DNA of 64,000 bases from a virus, in the IMG/VR virus record IMGVR_UViG_3300045131_002362, positions 22,709 through 86,708 of that record; one strand, given 5' to 3'. Both the position numbers and the translations under genes were made by a program. Under the pieces are notes generated by a model. That model saw only the letters and a program-made list of their open reading frames with translations, searched no databases and was not told the DNA's origin. Below, in pieces: positions 9,226-19,058 of this stretch; positions within the stretch are counted from its first letter, which is position 1, and every line of letters begins with the position of its first letter.

Positions 9226-9597
9226 TTACCGAACTTCCGGAACGCCCGGAATCATGATCGTGCGGACGCTGCACAACTGGCAGGTCTTCACGTTCGGCCC
9301 CATCACCGTGCCGCACACGGGACAGATCCAGCCGGTCGACTTGGTCCTCGTGATCGGCGGCTCTGCGATGAGTCTCGCCGCCGTCTCTCTCGCTTCTTTC
9401 ATAGTCGTCACCTTGTGTTGTTCGCCCGTGGCTTCTTCGCCGTGCGCAATCTCCAACCGGTCTTCGTGCGGGGCAGCTTGCGCCGTCCAGCGCACACCGG
9501 CCTTGTGATACAGAACACTGTCTAATTTTCCATTCTTGCAACTCACATACAGAACCGGACGCTTCTCTCCGCCGTCCAACCAAGTGAGGATGCTCAT
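9226..9597 (-). CDS. hypothetical protein with C-terminal zinc ribbon
   Basis: GWICPVCGTVMGPNVKTCQLC. Confidence 0.6.
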   Translation of the reverse strand: MSILTWLDGGEKRPVLYVSCKNGKLDSVLYHKAGVRWTAQAAPHEDRLEIAHGEEATGEQHKVTTMKEARETAARLIAEPPITRTKSTGWICPVCGTVMGPNVKTCQLCSVRTIMIPGVPEVR

Positions 9598-9599
9598 AA

Positions 9600-10640
9600 T
9601 CAGATCCCCTTCGGCGCGAGATGCGCCAGATCCCCGCTAAGGCCGTGGAATCCCGTGTTGTAGTAGTTGTCCCGCAGCGCGTCGATCACCGTGAGCGAGA
9701 ACGCGCGCTTCGGCTTGCAGGGCGCCTTGTCGCTGATGAGCGTGCCGCCGAACCAAGCGAGCAGGCCGCGCCGCAGCCCCTCTGCATCTTCGCCGTCCTC
9801 CTTCAGCTTGCGCAGCACGCCGGCCACGCGGTCGAAGTCGCGGCTCTCCACGGCGGTTGCCAGATCCTTCAGGTTCGGTGTGAAGTCCTCGCTCATCGTC
9901 TGGCAGTCGACCTTGATACGGTCGATCTCCTGGGCGCGCAGGTCGATCGGCAGTGAGGCCAGCCGGGCCATGTTGTTGATGGCGACGCGCACGCAGCGTC
10001 GGGAGTTCTGGCCGCAGATCGCAACCTCCTCCTTCGACAGACCGAGGGGCTCCTGCTCGTTGATAAGCGTCAGCCGCGCCAGCATGTCCTCGGGCCGCAC
10101 GTCCATCGTGTCGATGCGGAAGGGCCGCGTCAGCAGCGCCCCCTTGCCGCCAGTCAGCTTCTCGGGCGAGTTCGTCACGAAGCAGACGTAGGTGTTCGCG
10201 GGAATGCCCTTTTCGAGGGGCTCCATGAACATCTCCTGCGCCGCCGTCGTGATGTTGTGCGCCTCCTCGAAGATGAAGGCGCGGCTGTTGCTCATCAGCG
10301 ACGAGGCCGTCAGCTCCGTCGTGAGGAACTCGGTCACGAAGTCGATCTTGCCGCACTCACGGCTATTGAACACGCGGATATCGCCGCAGCCGAACGCCTC
10401 CATCAGGATATGGACGAGCGTGCTCTTGCCGCTGCCGGTCGGGCCGGTCAGCAGCATGAAGCCGGGACGCCGGCTCGGCTGCGTGTCGATCAGCGTCTGG
10501 CACTTGGCCTTTGCGATCGGGTTTCCGCACACGTCCGACAGCTTCGTCGGGTTCCAGCGCCGGTAAAGCGACGCCTGTTCTTTCTCAGCCATAATCATTC
10601 TCCCTTGGTTTGTTTCTCGATGCTGTTGTGCCGCGCCCAC
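9600..10640 (-). CDS. DnaX (gamma/tau)-like AAA+ clamp loader subunit
   Basis: SLYRRWNPTKLSDVCGN, Walker A GPTGSGKST, FIFEEAHNIT..AQ, TNSPEKL; probable start at MAEKEQ. Confidence 0.85.
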   Translation of the reverse strand: MGAAQQHRETNQGRMIMAEKEQASLYRRWNPTKLSDVCGNPIAKAKCQTLIDTQPSRRPGFMLLTGPTGSGKSTLVHILMEAFGCGDIRVFNSRECGKIDFVTEFLTTELTASSLMSNSRAFIFEEAHNITTAAQEMFMEPLEKGIPANTYVCFVTNSPEKLTGGKGALLTRPFRIDTMDVRPEDMLARLTLINEQEPLGLSKEEVAICGQNSRRCVRVAINNMARLASLPIDLRAQEIDRIKVDCQTMSEDFTPNLKDLATAVESRDFDRVAGVLRKLKEDGEDAEGLRRGLLAWFGGTLISDKAPCKPKRAFSLTVIDALRDNYYNTGFHGLSGDLAHLAPKGI

Positions 10641-10903
10641 AGGATCATCGCCCGGTTGGCGATGTCGATTATCCGCTCATTGTCGTCGTCGGGGGTGTAC
10701 TCCGACTCGAACATGTCCATGCGGAGGCAGGACGCGTCAACGAACAACTCATTCGCGATATGATGGTCGGCCGGAACGTCCTTGTCCCAGCCGCGCTTGC
10801 CGGCGACGGCGCGCTCGATGAGAACGCGCTTCATCTCGGCAGCGAAGGCGTCGACAGCCTTGGCCAGCTTTTGCTTTTCAAGAATCAGATGGAAATCGAT
10901 CAT
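10595..10903 (-). CDS. hypothetical phage protein
   Basis: ORF with GGAGG RBS; GKRGW...DIANRAMILW helical pattern. Confidence 0.6.
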   Translation of the reverse strand: MIDFHLILEKQKLAKAVDAFAAEMKRVLIERAVAGKRGWDKDVPADHHIANELFVDASCLRMDMFESEYTPDDDNERIIDIANRAMILWARHNSIEKQTKGE

Positions 10904-10912
10904 GTGCCCTCC

Positions 10913-11548
10913 TTACGGGAAGCACGAGAGCGCCTCGTTGGCGATCGCGTCATCCGGTTTGTCCGTATCCAGGCCGAGCTGGAAATCGTTGTTGAGCCGC
11001 AGCAGATCATCTCTGCGCATGCGTAGGATCATCGCGTCGCGGTCGGCCTTCGTGACCGTGCCGTCGTCGTTCTCCACGACCTTGCAGAACGCAGCATACA
11101 GCTCCTTCTGCGGGATGCCAGCGATCGAGGCGGGAACAGGCGAGACAGACTCGGCCTTCTTCTCCATCTTCGGCTCTACCTTCGGTTGCTCGGGCACCTT
11201 GGGATCATCCTTGATGGGCTCCGGTGTCTTCTCCGGTTCCACGACGACAAGCGGTACGATACGCTGCGTCGGAAGATTCGGCTCGATCTTGACGACGGGC
11301 TCCTGCACCTTTTGCGCGGCGGTGATGATGGCGACACCCTCTTCTTTCGCGATTGCGGTCAACCTCGCCAACCGATTCGTTTCCTGCTCGATGGGCTCCG
11401 GAACGTCGTGCTTGCTGGCGAACTCGCGCGCCTTGCGCTCGATGAGGCGTTCCTGAGTCTCGCTCAGCTCTCTCGCCTGCAATTCGATGTGGAAGCTCTT
11501 GACGCCCTTCGACGCAAGAAAGTCGATGAATTCCTCGAAACTGTTCAT
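10913..11548 (-). CDS. hypothetical protein with Pro/Glu/Lys-rich linker
   Basis: AAGGAG RBS; ORF track. Confidence 0.6.
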   Translation of the reverse strand: MNSFEEFIDFLASKGVKSFHIELQARELSETQERLIERKAREFASKHDVPEPIEQETNRLARLTAIAKEEGVAIITAAQKVQEPVVKIEPNLPTQRIVPLVVVEPEKTPEPIKDDPKVPEQPKVEPKMEKKAESVSPVPASIAGIPQKELYAAFCKVVENDDGTVTKADRDAMILRMRRDDLLRLNNDFQLGLDTDKPDDAIANEALSCFP

Positions 11549-11567
11549 GATGTCTCCTTTTTGGATG

Positions 11568-11601
11568 GGGCGGCGCGCGAGCCGATTGACCCGCGCGCCG
11601 C
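11568..11601 (-). terminator. GC-rich hairpin after the SSB gene (terminator or processing site)
   Basis: GGCGGCGCGCG...CGCGCGCCGCC inverted repeat; no clear U-tract. Confidence 0.4.
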
Positions 11602-11623
11602 CGTTGTTCTGTTGCCGCTCAGA

Positions 11624-12889
11624 TTAGAACGGCAGGCGTTCGTCGTCCGCCGTCGGCTCGTTGGCGGGCTGGCGCACGGCCTGCGGTGTCACCTTCCACA
11701 GGGAGGCGACGCAGCGACGAAGGGCTGCGATGTTGGCCGCGCCGGTCAGCGACAGATCGTGCGCCGATCCGCCCTTGGCCGCGCCGTACTTGACCAGCTC
11801 GTCGACTTCCATCGCAAGCAGGTCTTCCCATGACGGGGCTTCGAGGTTCGACACATCCTCGTAACGCACCGGCTGCGTGTCCGCCTTGGGCGGCTGCCCG
11901 GTCTGCTGGCCTGCGGGCGCCTGCTTGCGGGGGTTGAGGATCGCGTCGACGCGCTCGCGGGTCGCTGCGGCCAGCTCCTCGGCGGGCGAGTGGTTGACGA
12001 GCGCGTACACGTCGACCAGCTCCGTGCCGTCCTTAGCGTCCTTGCCCTTGCCCAGCTCAGGCCACCAGATGTCGCTGGCCTTGCCGACACCCTCGATCGC
12101 CTTCATCGGCGTGATCTTCGAGAGCTTCCAGTACGGCGCGGGGGCACGCTTCGACTTCGCGTCGCCGCCGCCCTCGTCCTGATAGGTGGCGCGGACGTAC
12201 TCAGCCACGAGCCAGCGCGCGCCGTCCCCGTTGCTGTAGTAGTCGCTCGGCAACACCTCGCCGGCCAGCAGCTTCTTCGGCGTCGCGAGCTGTGCGACCA
12301 TATCGAAGAAGTTGTCATGCTTGGCATTCGACGCCTGCTCATTCGTCAGCGCCGTCGTCCAGCAGCGGATGCCGAGATCCTCGCCGTTGAAGTACACGCG
12401 ACTGATCACGAGCGCAGTCTGCTTGGTGCCGAAGCCCGTCTGCTTCATGATGTCGTCCTTCGTGACCGAGCCGCTCTTGTAAGCCTCGCTCTTGAACAGC
12501 TCCATGCGCCCGTCGCACACCGCGCAGCGGCCCGTGCGGGTCGAGGCGGGACACACGCGGTCGGTGTAGGTGAACCCGAACCGCTTGTGGTAGCTGAACG
12601 GGTAGAACGGCAGCAGGTTGCCGATGTGCTCGCCCGTCACCGTGCTCGGCAGGTGAGCGAGCAGATCCTTCGTCACGAGGATACCCAGGATGCGGTGCGC
12701 CACCTCCAGCGTTGCCTCCTGCGTCTCCTTGGCCAGCGGCAGGCTGAACTCGCCCGCGATCAGCCTCGGGTTGAACTCCCCGTCGAACTTGACGAGGGGG
12801 CGCTCGACGGCGCTGCTGCTACCCTGCTCGCCAGCACTCTTCACGTAATCCGTCTGGTTTACGTTCGCTACTCCGTATGTCTTCTTCAT
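11624..12889 (-). CDS. T4 gp32-like single-stranded DNA-binding protein
   Basis: H...C-x8-C-x2-C zinc motif (VCPASTRTGRCAVC) and acidic-aromatic tail DDERLPF; start moved to ATG 12889 after a GGAG RBS. Confidence 0.75.
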   Translation of the reverse strand: MKKTYGVANVNQTDYVKSAGEQGSSSAVERPLVKFDGEFNPRLIAGEFSLPLAKETQEATLEVAHRILGILVTKDLLAHLPSTVTGEHIGNLLPFYPFSYHKRFGFTYTDRVCPASTRTGRCAVCDGRMELFKSEAYKSGSVTKDDIMKQTGFGTKQTALVISRVYFNGEDLGIRCWTTALTNEQASNAKHDNFFDMVAQLATPKKLLAGEVLPSDYYSNGDGARWLVAEYVRATYQDEGGGDAKSKRAPAPYWKLSKITPMKAIEGVGKASDIWWPELGKGKDAKDGTELVDVYALVNHSPAEELAAATRERVDAILNPRKQAPAGQQTGQPPKADTQPVRYEDVSNLEAPSWEDLLAMEVDELVKYGAAKGGSAHDLSLTGAANIAALRRCVASLWKVTPQAVRQPANEPTADDERLPF

Positions 12890-12982
12890 CTGTGTAACTC
12901 CGTATCGGCATTTTGCCCCGCATCGGGCGTTGCCGGTTGTCTGTTTCATTCTGGAGAAGCGGCACCCGCCGCCTCTCACACT

Positions 12983-13014
12983 CATTATATCCGAATCCGC
13001 ATCGTTCACGCGCC
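12983..13014 (-). promoter_or_regulatory. putative phage middle promoter, copy 2
   Basis: GGCGCGTGAA-N9-TTCGGATATAATG. Confidence 0.75.
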
Positions 13015-13317
13015 GTAAATCAGCACGAAAAAGACGATTGCAGTCACTAGCACGCCGGCAAGAAAATCGGCCACCATCATGACCTTCTCCTTGCGACGAA
13101 GCTTTTCAGCTTCGGCCTCCGCCGTCGCGACAGCCTTCCGAAGCACGTCCCGCTCCCTGCGGTACTGCTCCACGAACCTGATGTGCGCGGACTTCACACG
13201 GTGAAGATCCATTTTGAGCAGCATTACCTGTCTCGCATAATCCGTCTTCAACATTTCCCTCTGTCGTTCCATGTCGCCCTCCTTAATCGAACAGGTCGTC
13301 CGAATCGTCCTCTTCAA
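13006..13317 (-). CDS. coiled-coil protein with C-terminal transmembrane helix
   Basis: Hydrophobic tail FLAGVLVTAIVFFVLIYGA; probable start MERQRE after AAGGAGG. Confidence 0.55.
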   Translation of the reverse strand: MKRTIRTTCSIKEGDMERQREMLKTDYARQVMLLKMDLHRVKSAHIRFVEQYRRERDVLRKAVATAEAEAEKLRRKEKVMMVADFLAGVLVTAIVFFVLIYGA

Positions 13318-15349
13318 CCACCTTCTTCGCGATCTTGTCAGTCGCGTACCATTTCAGGTCGATGTCCTCGACTTTCACCTTTTCAGCCAGCGCCGCGAAC
13401 TGCGGACAGCCGGTCGCCTTGCGGCGCTTGCGGAACGACAGATCGTCAGACATGTCACCGAAGAGCCCGTCGTCCATCTTGCCGTCGTCCTTGCACACGA
13501 TCTCAATATCGCTCGCCTTCTTCGAGTTCGGCGCGACCGGAACCACGTCGAGCCACTCGCGCCGGTCCTCCTTTCCGTTTACACTGAAGCACTCGCTGTT
13601 CTTATCGCGCTTCAGCTCTAGCGCGAAGCTGTCGATCGTGAGTCCGTCCGTGGGCATCACGCGCCCGTCATTGAGTGCAGCGTACACCCGAGACTCGTAA
13701 AGATATGGAACGACTGTGCAGTGCTTGAGATTGTACCAGGTGCCTTTCTTTTTGAGTTTGCCAGATCCTACGGGCTTGCCCGGCTTGGGCATCTCCCGCG
13801 CCACGTAGTTCGATATGTCCTTCTGGTACATCTGCTCGAACTCCGTCCATTCCATCTCCAACCGAGTGCGCTTCTCGAAGGCCGCTACAATCTCGCGGAT
13901 CTGCGCCATCGACTCGTCTGTGCGGCTCAGCAGCCGGAAGAAGATTCCGTCCGTGTTCGACTGTACCAACTCGATGTGCCGCTCCAGCTTCTCCAGCAGG
14001 TCGGTCATGAGCAACTGGCCCGTGATCGTGACGCCGCAGAAGTTGTACGGATCGTACATCTCGCTCTTGTCGAAGCCCATGCTGCCGAAGCTGCCGTTGA
14101 GGCACAGCTTCAGCCCCTCGGCCCGCTTGTCGCCGCGCGGCTTGTAAACCTTCGTGCGCAGGTCGATCAGGTTGCCAAATAGCGTCCTATCGTAACCGAT
14201 CACGCGGCGGGACAGGAAGTTGTAATGGCGCATGATGTTGGGATACAGCGACGCAGCGTCCAACGACCAGATGCCACCGCCCTTCAGCGACCACACGCCG
14301 GGAGGGCAGCCGTGGACGCCGCCGATACCGTAGACGTGCGGTATGCCGCAGACCTTCTTCAGCACGACGCCCGTGCCGCCCGTCTTGCGGCTGGACATGG
14401 CACGCAACTGCCCGAGCGTCTTCTCGCTGTACGCCTTTAGGATGTCGCGGTGCTTCCAGATCCGGATCTCCTTCGGAACGACGTACCGCTGGCTCTCCCA
14501 GTCCTCCGGTACGGCGAAATTCTCCTCCTTGGCGTTTAGCACGATCGCGGTGATGCGTGGCTTCGTCATCTCCCAATCGACGCCCTTGTCGCCGTAGTCG
14601 TCCACAAGAACGCGGCGTGCGTTCAGGCACGGGTCCCAGCCTTCGCCCGATAGCAACAGCAGCGCAGTAGCGCAGCAGTCGTACAGACAATACTTCGACA
14701 CCTCAGAGCGCTCACCCTTGCTAAGGTGCCGCCTGTCGAACGGAACCGAGCTGCGCATGATGTTGTATCCGTTCAGACGCTCCCAGCGCTTCAGGCCGCA
14801 CTCGGGTATCTTGCGCTCGTTCGGAGGCACGCCGATCTTCTTCTGGCCGATGTCGAAGCCGATGTCGAACGTGCGCCCCGTCCACTCAGGCTTGCGTCCA
14901 CGCTCGCCGCTGCGCCAGGGCAGGTCAAGTTGACCGACAGCGTTGACCAGCTCGTCGGAAAGCCGCTTTACAGCCGCCTCGTCCGCGCCGGCCAGGATCG
15001 CGTCCGTCAGTTTGTTGTCGAAGTTCTTGTTGTTGAAGCCAACGGCCACAACGCTCATGTCGCGCAGAAAGACCTGCCGCAGCACGCGGCGGATCTCGTC
15101 GCAGCCCCACACGCTCCAGACGTGGCCGGTCGCCACGTCCAGCATTGTCAGGTGCGTGTCGTCCGGGAACGTCTCATAATCGTGGACGATGAAGCGCTGC
15201 TTGAACGTGCGCCGCGCGTCCTCGCTCAGCTCGCCGAAGCGCTTCTTGAACGTCTCCACCACCTCCGCGACCGTCGCGTCTTTCATGTACGCCTGTCCTT
15301 TTTCATAGGCAACAACGCCCGTCTTGCCTTCTTCGCCGCGTTTCGGCAC
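13283..15349 (-). CDS. family B DNA polymerase with 3'-5' exonuclease
   Basis: ExoI HDYET, ExoII GFNNKNFD, ExoIII YCLYD; motif A DAASLYPNIM, motif B KLCLNGSFG, motif C QSNTDG. Confidence 0.92.
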   Translation of the reverse strand: MPKRGEEGKTGVVAYEKGQAYMKDATVAEVVETFKKRFGELSEDARRTFKQRFIVHDYETFPDDTHLTMLDVATGHVWSVWGCDEIRRVLRQVFLRDMSVVAVGFNNKNFDNKLTDAILAGADEAAVKRLSDELVNAVGQLDLPWRSGERGRKPEWTGRTFDIGFDIGQKKIGVPPNERKIPECGLKRWERLNGYNIMRSSVPFDRRHLSKGERSEVSKYCLYDCCATALLLLSGEGWDPCLNARRVLVDDYGDKGVDWEMTKPRITAIVLNAKEENFAVPEDWESQRYVVPKEIRIWKHRDILKAYSEKTLGQLRAMSSRKTGGTGVVLKKVCGIPHVYGIGGVHGCPPGVWSLKGGGIWSLDAASLYPNIMRHYNFLSRRVIGYDRTLFGNLIDLRTKVYKPRGDKRAEGLKLCLNGSFGSMGFDKSEMYDPYNFCGVTITGQLLMTDLLEKLERHIELVQSNTDGIFFRLLSRTDESMAQIREIVAAFEKRTRLEMEWTEFEQMYQKDISNYVAREMPKPGKPVGSGKLKKKGTWYNLKHCTVVPYLYESRVYAALNDGRVMPTDGLTIDSFALELKRDKNSECFSVNGKEDRREWLDVVPVAPNSKKASDIEIVCKDDGKMDDGLFGDMSDDLSFRKRRKATGCPQFAALAEKVKVEDIDLKWYATDKIAKKVVEEDDSDDLFD

Positions 15350-15443
15350 ACTCGATCACAATATTTCTTCGGTGTGCCTTTGCCGTCGTCAAAGCTGTGC
15401 AGCGGAAAGCCGCACCAAACACACGGAACAATATTCGTTATCG

Positions 15444-15830
15444 TCACGCCTTCTTCTCCTTCCTGGCCTTGCGCCATTCCGCCGTGCGCGTTTTGTGGCA
15501 CGCGTTGCAAAGGGTCCTCATGTTCTCGAGCACCGTCGCCCCGCCCTCGCAGAACGGCACGATGTGGTCGTGCTCCTCGCGCGTCGTCTCTCTACCCGCC
15601 CACCACGCCTTCCACTGCTCTTGTGTGTATCCGAAGCCGGCGACCGGCCTCGTGCGGCGCCACGCGAGATAATTGGCGCGGATGTCCGTGCCGCAGATCT
15701 GGCAGATGTGCTTGTCGCGGGCGATCACCGCAAGCTTGACCCAGTACGGGGTGATGTCGTATCCGTAAACCGGATGCGCTTCCCTTCCGGGCATCGGGTT
15801 GCAGAGGCGGCACTTACAATGATCGCTCAT
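15444..15830 (-). CDS. HNH endonuclease
   Basis: RDKHICQICG...EHDHIVPFCEGG...ENMRTLCNACH. Confidence 0.88.
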   Translation of the reverse strand: MSDHCKCRLCNPMPGREAHPVYGYDITPYWVKLAVIARDKHICQICGTDIRANYLAWRRTRPVAGFGYTQEQWKAWWAGRETTREEHDHIVPFCEGGATVLENMRTLCNACHKTRTAEWRKARKEKKA

Positions 15831-16035
15831 GGCTTGCCTTTCAGGACCAGCTCGTCCACCATATCGTCGAAGTTCTCACCGCGAATATTGCGCGCGCAGA
15901 GATCTTTGAACGCGAACCAATCCAGCTTGCGCAGAGCCTCATAGCGCAGGTAGCCGGCCGCTAGATCGAGCTTATCGTGCCTTGCCGCGAGGATTGTTAG
16001 CGTACCAAAACGAGCCTGACTTTCTTTGAGTGTCA

Positions 16036-16734
16036 TCAGAAAATCTCCTGTTGGAGAAAGTATGGCACAGACCACTGGGCGGCGAAAGCTTTCGCGATGC
16101 CCTCGTACGTTCTCGAACGGATCTTCGACCGGTCGGACGACGGCGGCAAGCGGTTCTGCCCACTCGCCGTCTGGTCGGCCCAGCGAAACAAAGTTTTCTT
16201 GCTTGGGGAATAGTGAGTTTGCGAATATCTGTGCCCATTGCCATCACGATAGTCGGTTCCGTCAGAATTCTGTTGAAATATCGGTTGGCAGATCGCCGTC
16301 GGCACGATCTTCGGCAAGCCCTTGAGCCACAGGCACGTCTTCTTCGACTCCGGGCACCCGTGCTCATACGGCTGGATGATCTGGTCGGGCTTGCGCCAAA
16401 GCCGCGACATGATGCAGACCGGGTTCTCGATGGCCACGCGCGGAATGTGGTCGAGCCGCGTGAACGCCATGAAGAAGTCGATACCGGCCTGCTGCCGCCC
16501 GTCTGCGATCTTCTCTTTGAACCAAGCCGCGCCACTCACCGCGATATGGGTACACGGCGGATGGCAGATCGCCAGGTCCCAGGCGGCCTTTGCCACTTCC
16601 AACGCGTCGGCCTTATAGTGATACGGGCTGCCGTCGTCCGCAGCTTGTAGATCGCAGCTCCAAGCGTCGTGACCGAGGGCGCGGAAAGCCTCTCGAACTA
16701 CGCCAGAACACTCGCACAAAACAACAACACGCAT
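16036..16734 (-). CDS. phage-type short DNA cytosine-5 methyltransferase-like protein
   Basis: VLCECSGVVREAF, WSCDL, catalytic-type CHPPCT, IENPV, KKTCLWL, RSRTYEGIA; start moved to ATG 16734. Confidence 0.8.
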   Translation of the reverse strand: MRVVVLCECSGVVREAFRALGHDAWSCDLQAADDGSPYHYKADALEVAKAAWDLAICHPPCTHIAVSGAAWFKEKIADGRQQAGIDFFMAFTRLDHIPRVAIENPVCIMSRLWRKPDQIIQPYEHGCPESKKTCLWLKGLPKIVPTAICQPIFQQNSDGTDYRDGNGHRYSQTHYSPSKKTLFRWADQTASGQNRLPPSSDRSKIRSRTYEGIAKAFAAQWSVPYFLQQEIF

Positions 16735-17218
16735 TGAACTACTCCATAATTGAAACTCGTGTGCACAAATCGTTCTCTTCTTCGAGAGGGCCAACAAATG
16801 CAAACACATCATCGGGTGCTGGGCAAACCTTCATTCCGGAAAAGGGATAAGACCACTCGTTGCCGCTCCAAAACATGAATCTGCGCTCTTCAAAGATACG
16901 CGCCATATTTTCGTATGCCCGGCGATACCGCACAACCGCGTATGTCCCGATTTCACTCGGTGTCCCTATTGTGAATTCAATTTTGCTCATGTCTTCAGCC
17001 CTTCTCGTAGAATTCGACGAGCACGAACTGCCAGTTCCACGCAAAATCGTGTTCGTAATTTTTGATGAGCTGGTGGAACCTCGCATGCGCCTCGCTCTCA
17101 TTCGGGAAGCTGCCTTTGTACCCGTTGAAGGGCTCCTTGCCCTCTTCCGCGTTGCCGATCTCGCCCGGCTCGACCAGCACGCCACCGTCGAGCAGCACCT
17201 TCCAACAATAGCGTTTCC

Positions 17219-17938
17219 TCATACCCTCACCACCTCGCTCTTTTCATAACCGATCTTGCGCACCTCGTACACGATGACGCCGGGCTCGCCGGCAATCACG
17301 TCGAGACTCTCGTCCGTCGCGGAGGCGTCGCCGATGTCGCTCTGGTGGACGACGACGGCCTGGATGTCGAGAGCGACGCATGTGTTGTACAGCATGCGCA
17401 GCGCACGCCTGCGGCCCGCAGAGCCGTGTAGGTTGCGGAACGGCTCGTCCAGCACAAGGACGCGCGAGGGCGCAGGCTGCTCGATAACGACAACGCAGGG
17501 CCGCAGCGCGAAGCTGAGCGTGTCCCACAGGCCGCCACCGGCGCAGTCGAAAGGATGGGCCTCGTCGCCAGCCTCCGTGCGCAGCAGCAGCTCGCACTCC
17601 GTCTTGCCCCGGTTCTCCCGGAAGCGCACGACGAAGGCGTCCTTGCGCCGGTCGTGGAAGACGTGGTGCATCGCCTTGGTGACGATCGCGCCTACGTAGT
17701 TGCCGAAGCCGCTCTGCACGCGCGCCGCGACGTACTGCACTGTCTTCTGCACCGCGTCGATGTCAGTCTGCACGGCGCGCGCCGCGTCCAGCTTCACGCG
17801 CGCCTCTTCCAGCCTTGAACGCACCAGCAATCTTTGAGAGAAGAGAGCGTCTCGGCGCTGGCGAAGGCTTGCCACGCTTGCAATAGGGCAGCTTGATTCT
17901 GTCTGCATGAATGATTCCTTTCTGCTCGAATTCCTCAC
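17219..17938 (-). CDS. SbcC/Rad50-like ABC ATPase, C-terminal half
   Basis: Coiled coil followed by signature-like CAGGG, Walker B VLVLDEP and H-loop VVHQ; no Walker A. Confidence 0.8.
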   Translation of the reverse strand: MRNSSRKESFMQTESSCPIASVASLRQRRDALFSQRLLVRSRLEEARVKLDAARAVQTDIDAVQKTVQYVAARVQSGFGNYVGAIVTKAMHHVFHDRRKDAFVVRFRENRGKTECELLLRTEAGDEAHPFDCAGGGLWDTLSFALRPCVVVIEQPAPSRVLVLDEPFRNLHGSAGRRRALRMLYNTCVALDIQAVVVHQSDIGDASATDESLDVIAGEPGVIVYEVRKIGYEKSEVVRV

Positions 17939-18182
17939 CCGGCTGCCGCGATCCGCGACACGCCGGAAACTTCACACACCCGTAGAATGGCCCGTGCGGG
18001 CCTGTCGTAACCAGCCTCGTCTTCGCACCGCACTCGGGACACTCGCCCGGTCCGCAAGGGCGGTCGCTATACAGCCTGCCCTCCGCAGCGTACGCGCCGT
18101 CGAAAAGCGGCTCCTCGTCGTCCGCCCAGTACGAATCGTAAAGGCCGCTCCACATCTCCATGTCATCGGTTGTGTCGCTCAT
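17763..18182 (-). CDS. topoisomerase C4 zinc-ribbon protein
   Basis: CPECGAKTRL...GPFYGCVKFPAC; 3' end overlaps the next gene and is uncertain. Confidence 0.65.
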   Translation of the reverse strand: MSDTTDDMEMWSGLYDSYWADDEEPLFDGAYAAEGRLYSDRPCGPGECPECGAKTRLVTTGPHGPFYGCVKFPACRGSRQPGEEFEQKGIIHADRIKLPYCKRGKPSPAPRRSLLSKIAGAFKAGRGAREAGRGARRAD

Positions 18183-18664
18183 GGTCTGCCGCCTATGCTG
18201 TATTCCGGGATGTCTGTCAACACTCCGTTGAACTTCAGAAGCACTCCGGCCTTCTCAAGCGCGTCATGAGCACTGTCACCACGCGCTTTGGCTCGTTCGT
18301 GCTCGTTCATGCGGATGCGGGCGATCATGCGCTGTTTGTAATAAAGCGAATAGAGCGCCGCCACAGGAGACCGGTGCGCGAACTTCTTGATCGCCGTCTT
18401 ACACACGCGCTTCGGCTTGAACAGCGGAATGACACGATGACCATCCGAGAGAAAGCCTACCGTCTCAAAGCACCGTGTCTCTGACAGCACATCGTATTCG
18501 ATGCACAAGGGGTTAGCTTCGTCGTACTTCCCAAAATACCAGCGATACCTCTTAGCGGGATCGGGAACGAAGTCCTTCGCGAGATACTTTGCAAGATCAT
18601 CGCGTTTCTCGGCGCAGGTCGCGAGAATGTTTCCGTCAAACAAACGATTCATTTCATCACCCAC
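18179..18664 (-). CDS. hypothetical protein
   Basis: ORF track; coupled junctions with neighbours. Confidence 0.5.
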   Translation of the reverse strand: MGDEMNRLFDGNILATCAEKRDDLAKYLAKDFVPDPAKRYRWYFGKYDEANPLCIEYDVLSETRCFETVGFLSDGHRVIPLFKPKRVCKTAIKKFAHRSPVAALYSLYYKQRMIARIRMNEHERAKARGDSAHDALEKAGVLLKFNGVLTDIPEYSIGGRP

Positions 18665-19058
18665 CTCTCCCGAAAAGGATCGAGTCGAGTTCTCTCGCCA
18701 GATCCTTCAGCGTGTATCCCGTGCAGTGTCTCTTGGCGCCGAAAGCCTGCACCGACAGGGTTTTCAGCGAGGCCGAAATGCGCTTCACCTTTGCGACATC
18801 CTCCTCGGTGAGCCGCTGCTTGCACACGCAGCAGATCGACTCGAAGCCGCCGGATCTCGCGGCGATCTTCTCTTTCAGCGCGGAGCGATCAGATGGTGTC
18901 ATCGTTGTCACTTCAGCCTTCTCCAGATTGGACAATTCTCGATCTTGCACTTTCCATAGGTGAATGGGCGAGTCGTTCGATTGCTCGCATTGGCACATGC
19001 CCCGAGATCAAGATGCGAGCAGTTCCGCTTGAGTTGTCGAAAGGTTATCTCTTTCTTC

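Noticed and set aside
13283-15349. Intein or intron in the polymerase (also checked in terL and the helicases)
   Set aside because: Motif spacing is compact, and I saw no C...HN-[CST] intein ends or LAGLIDADG motifs.
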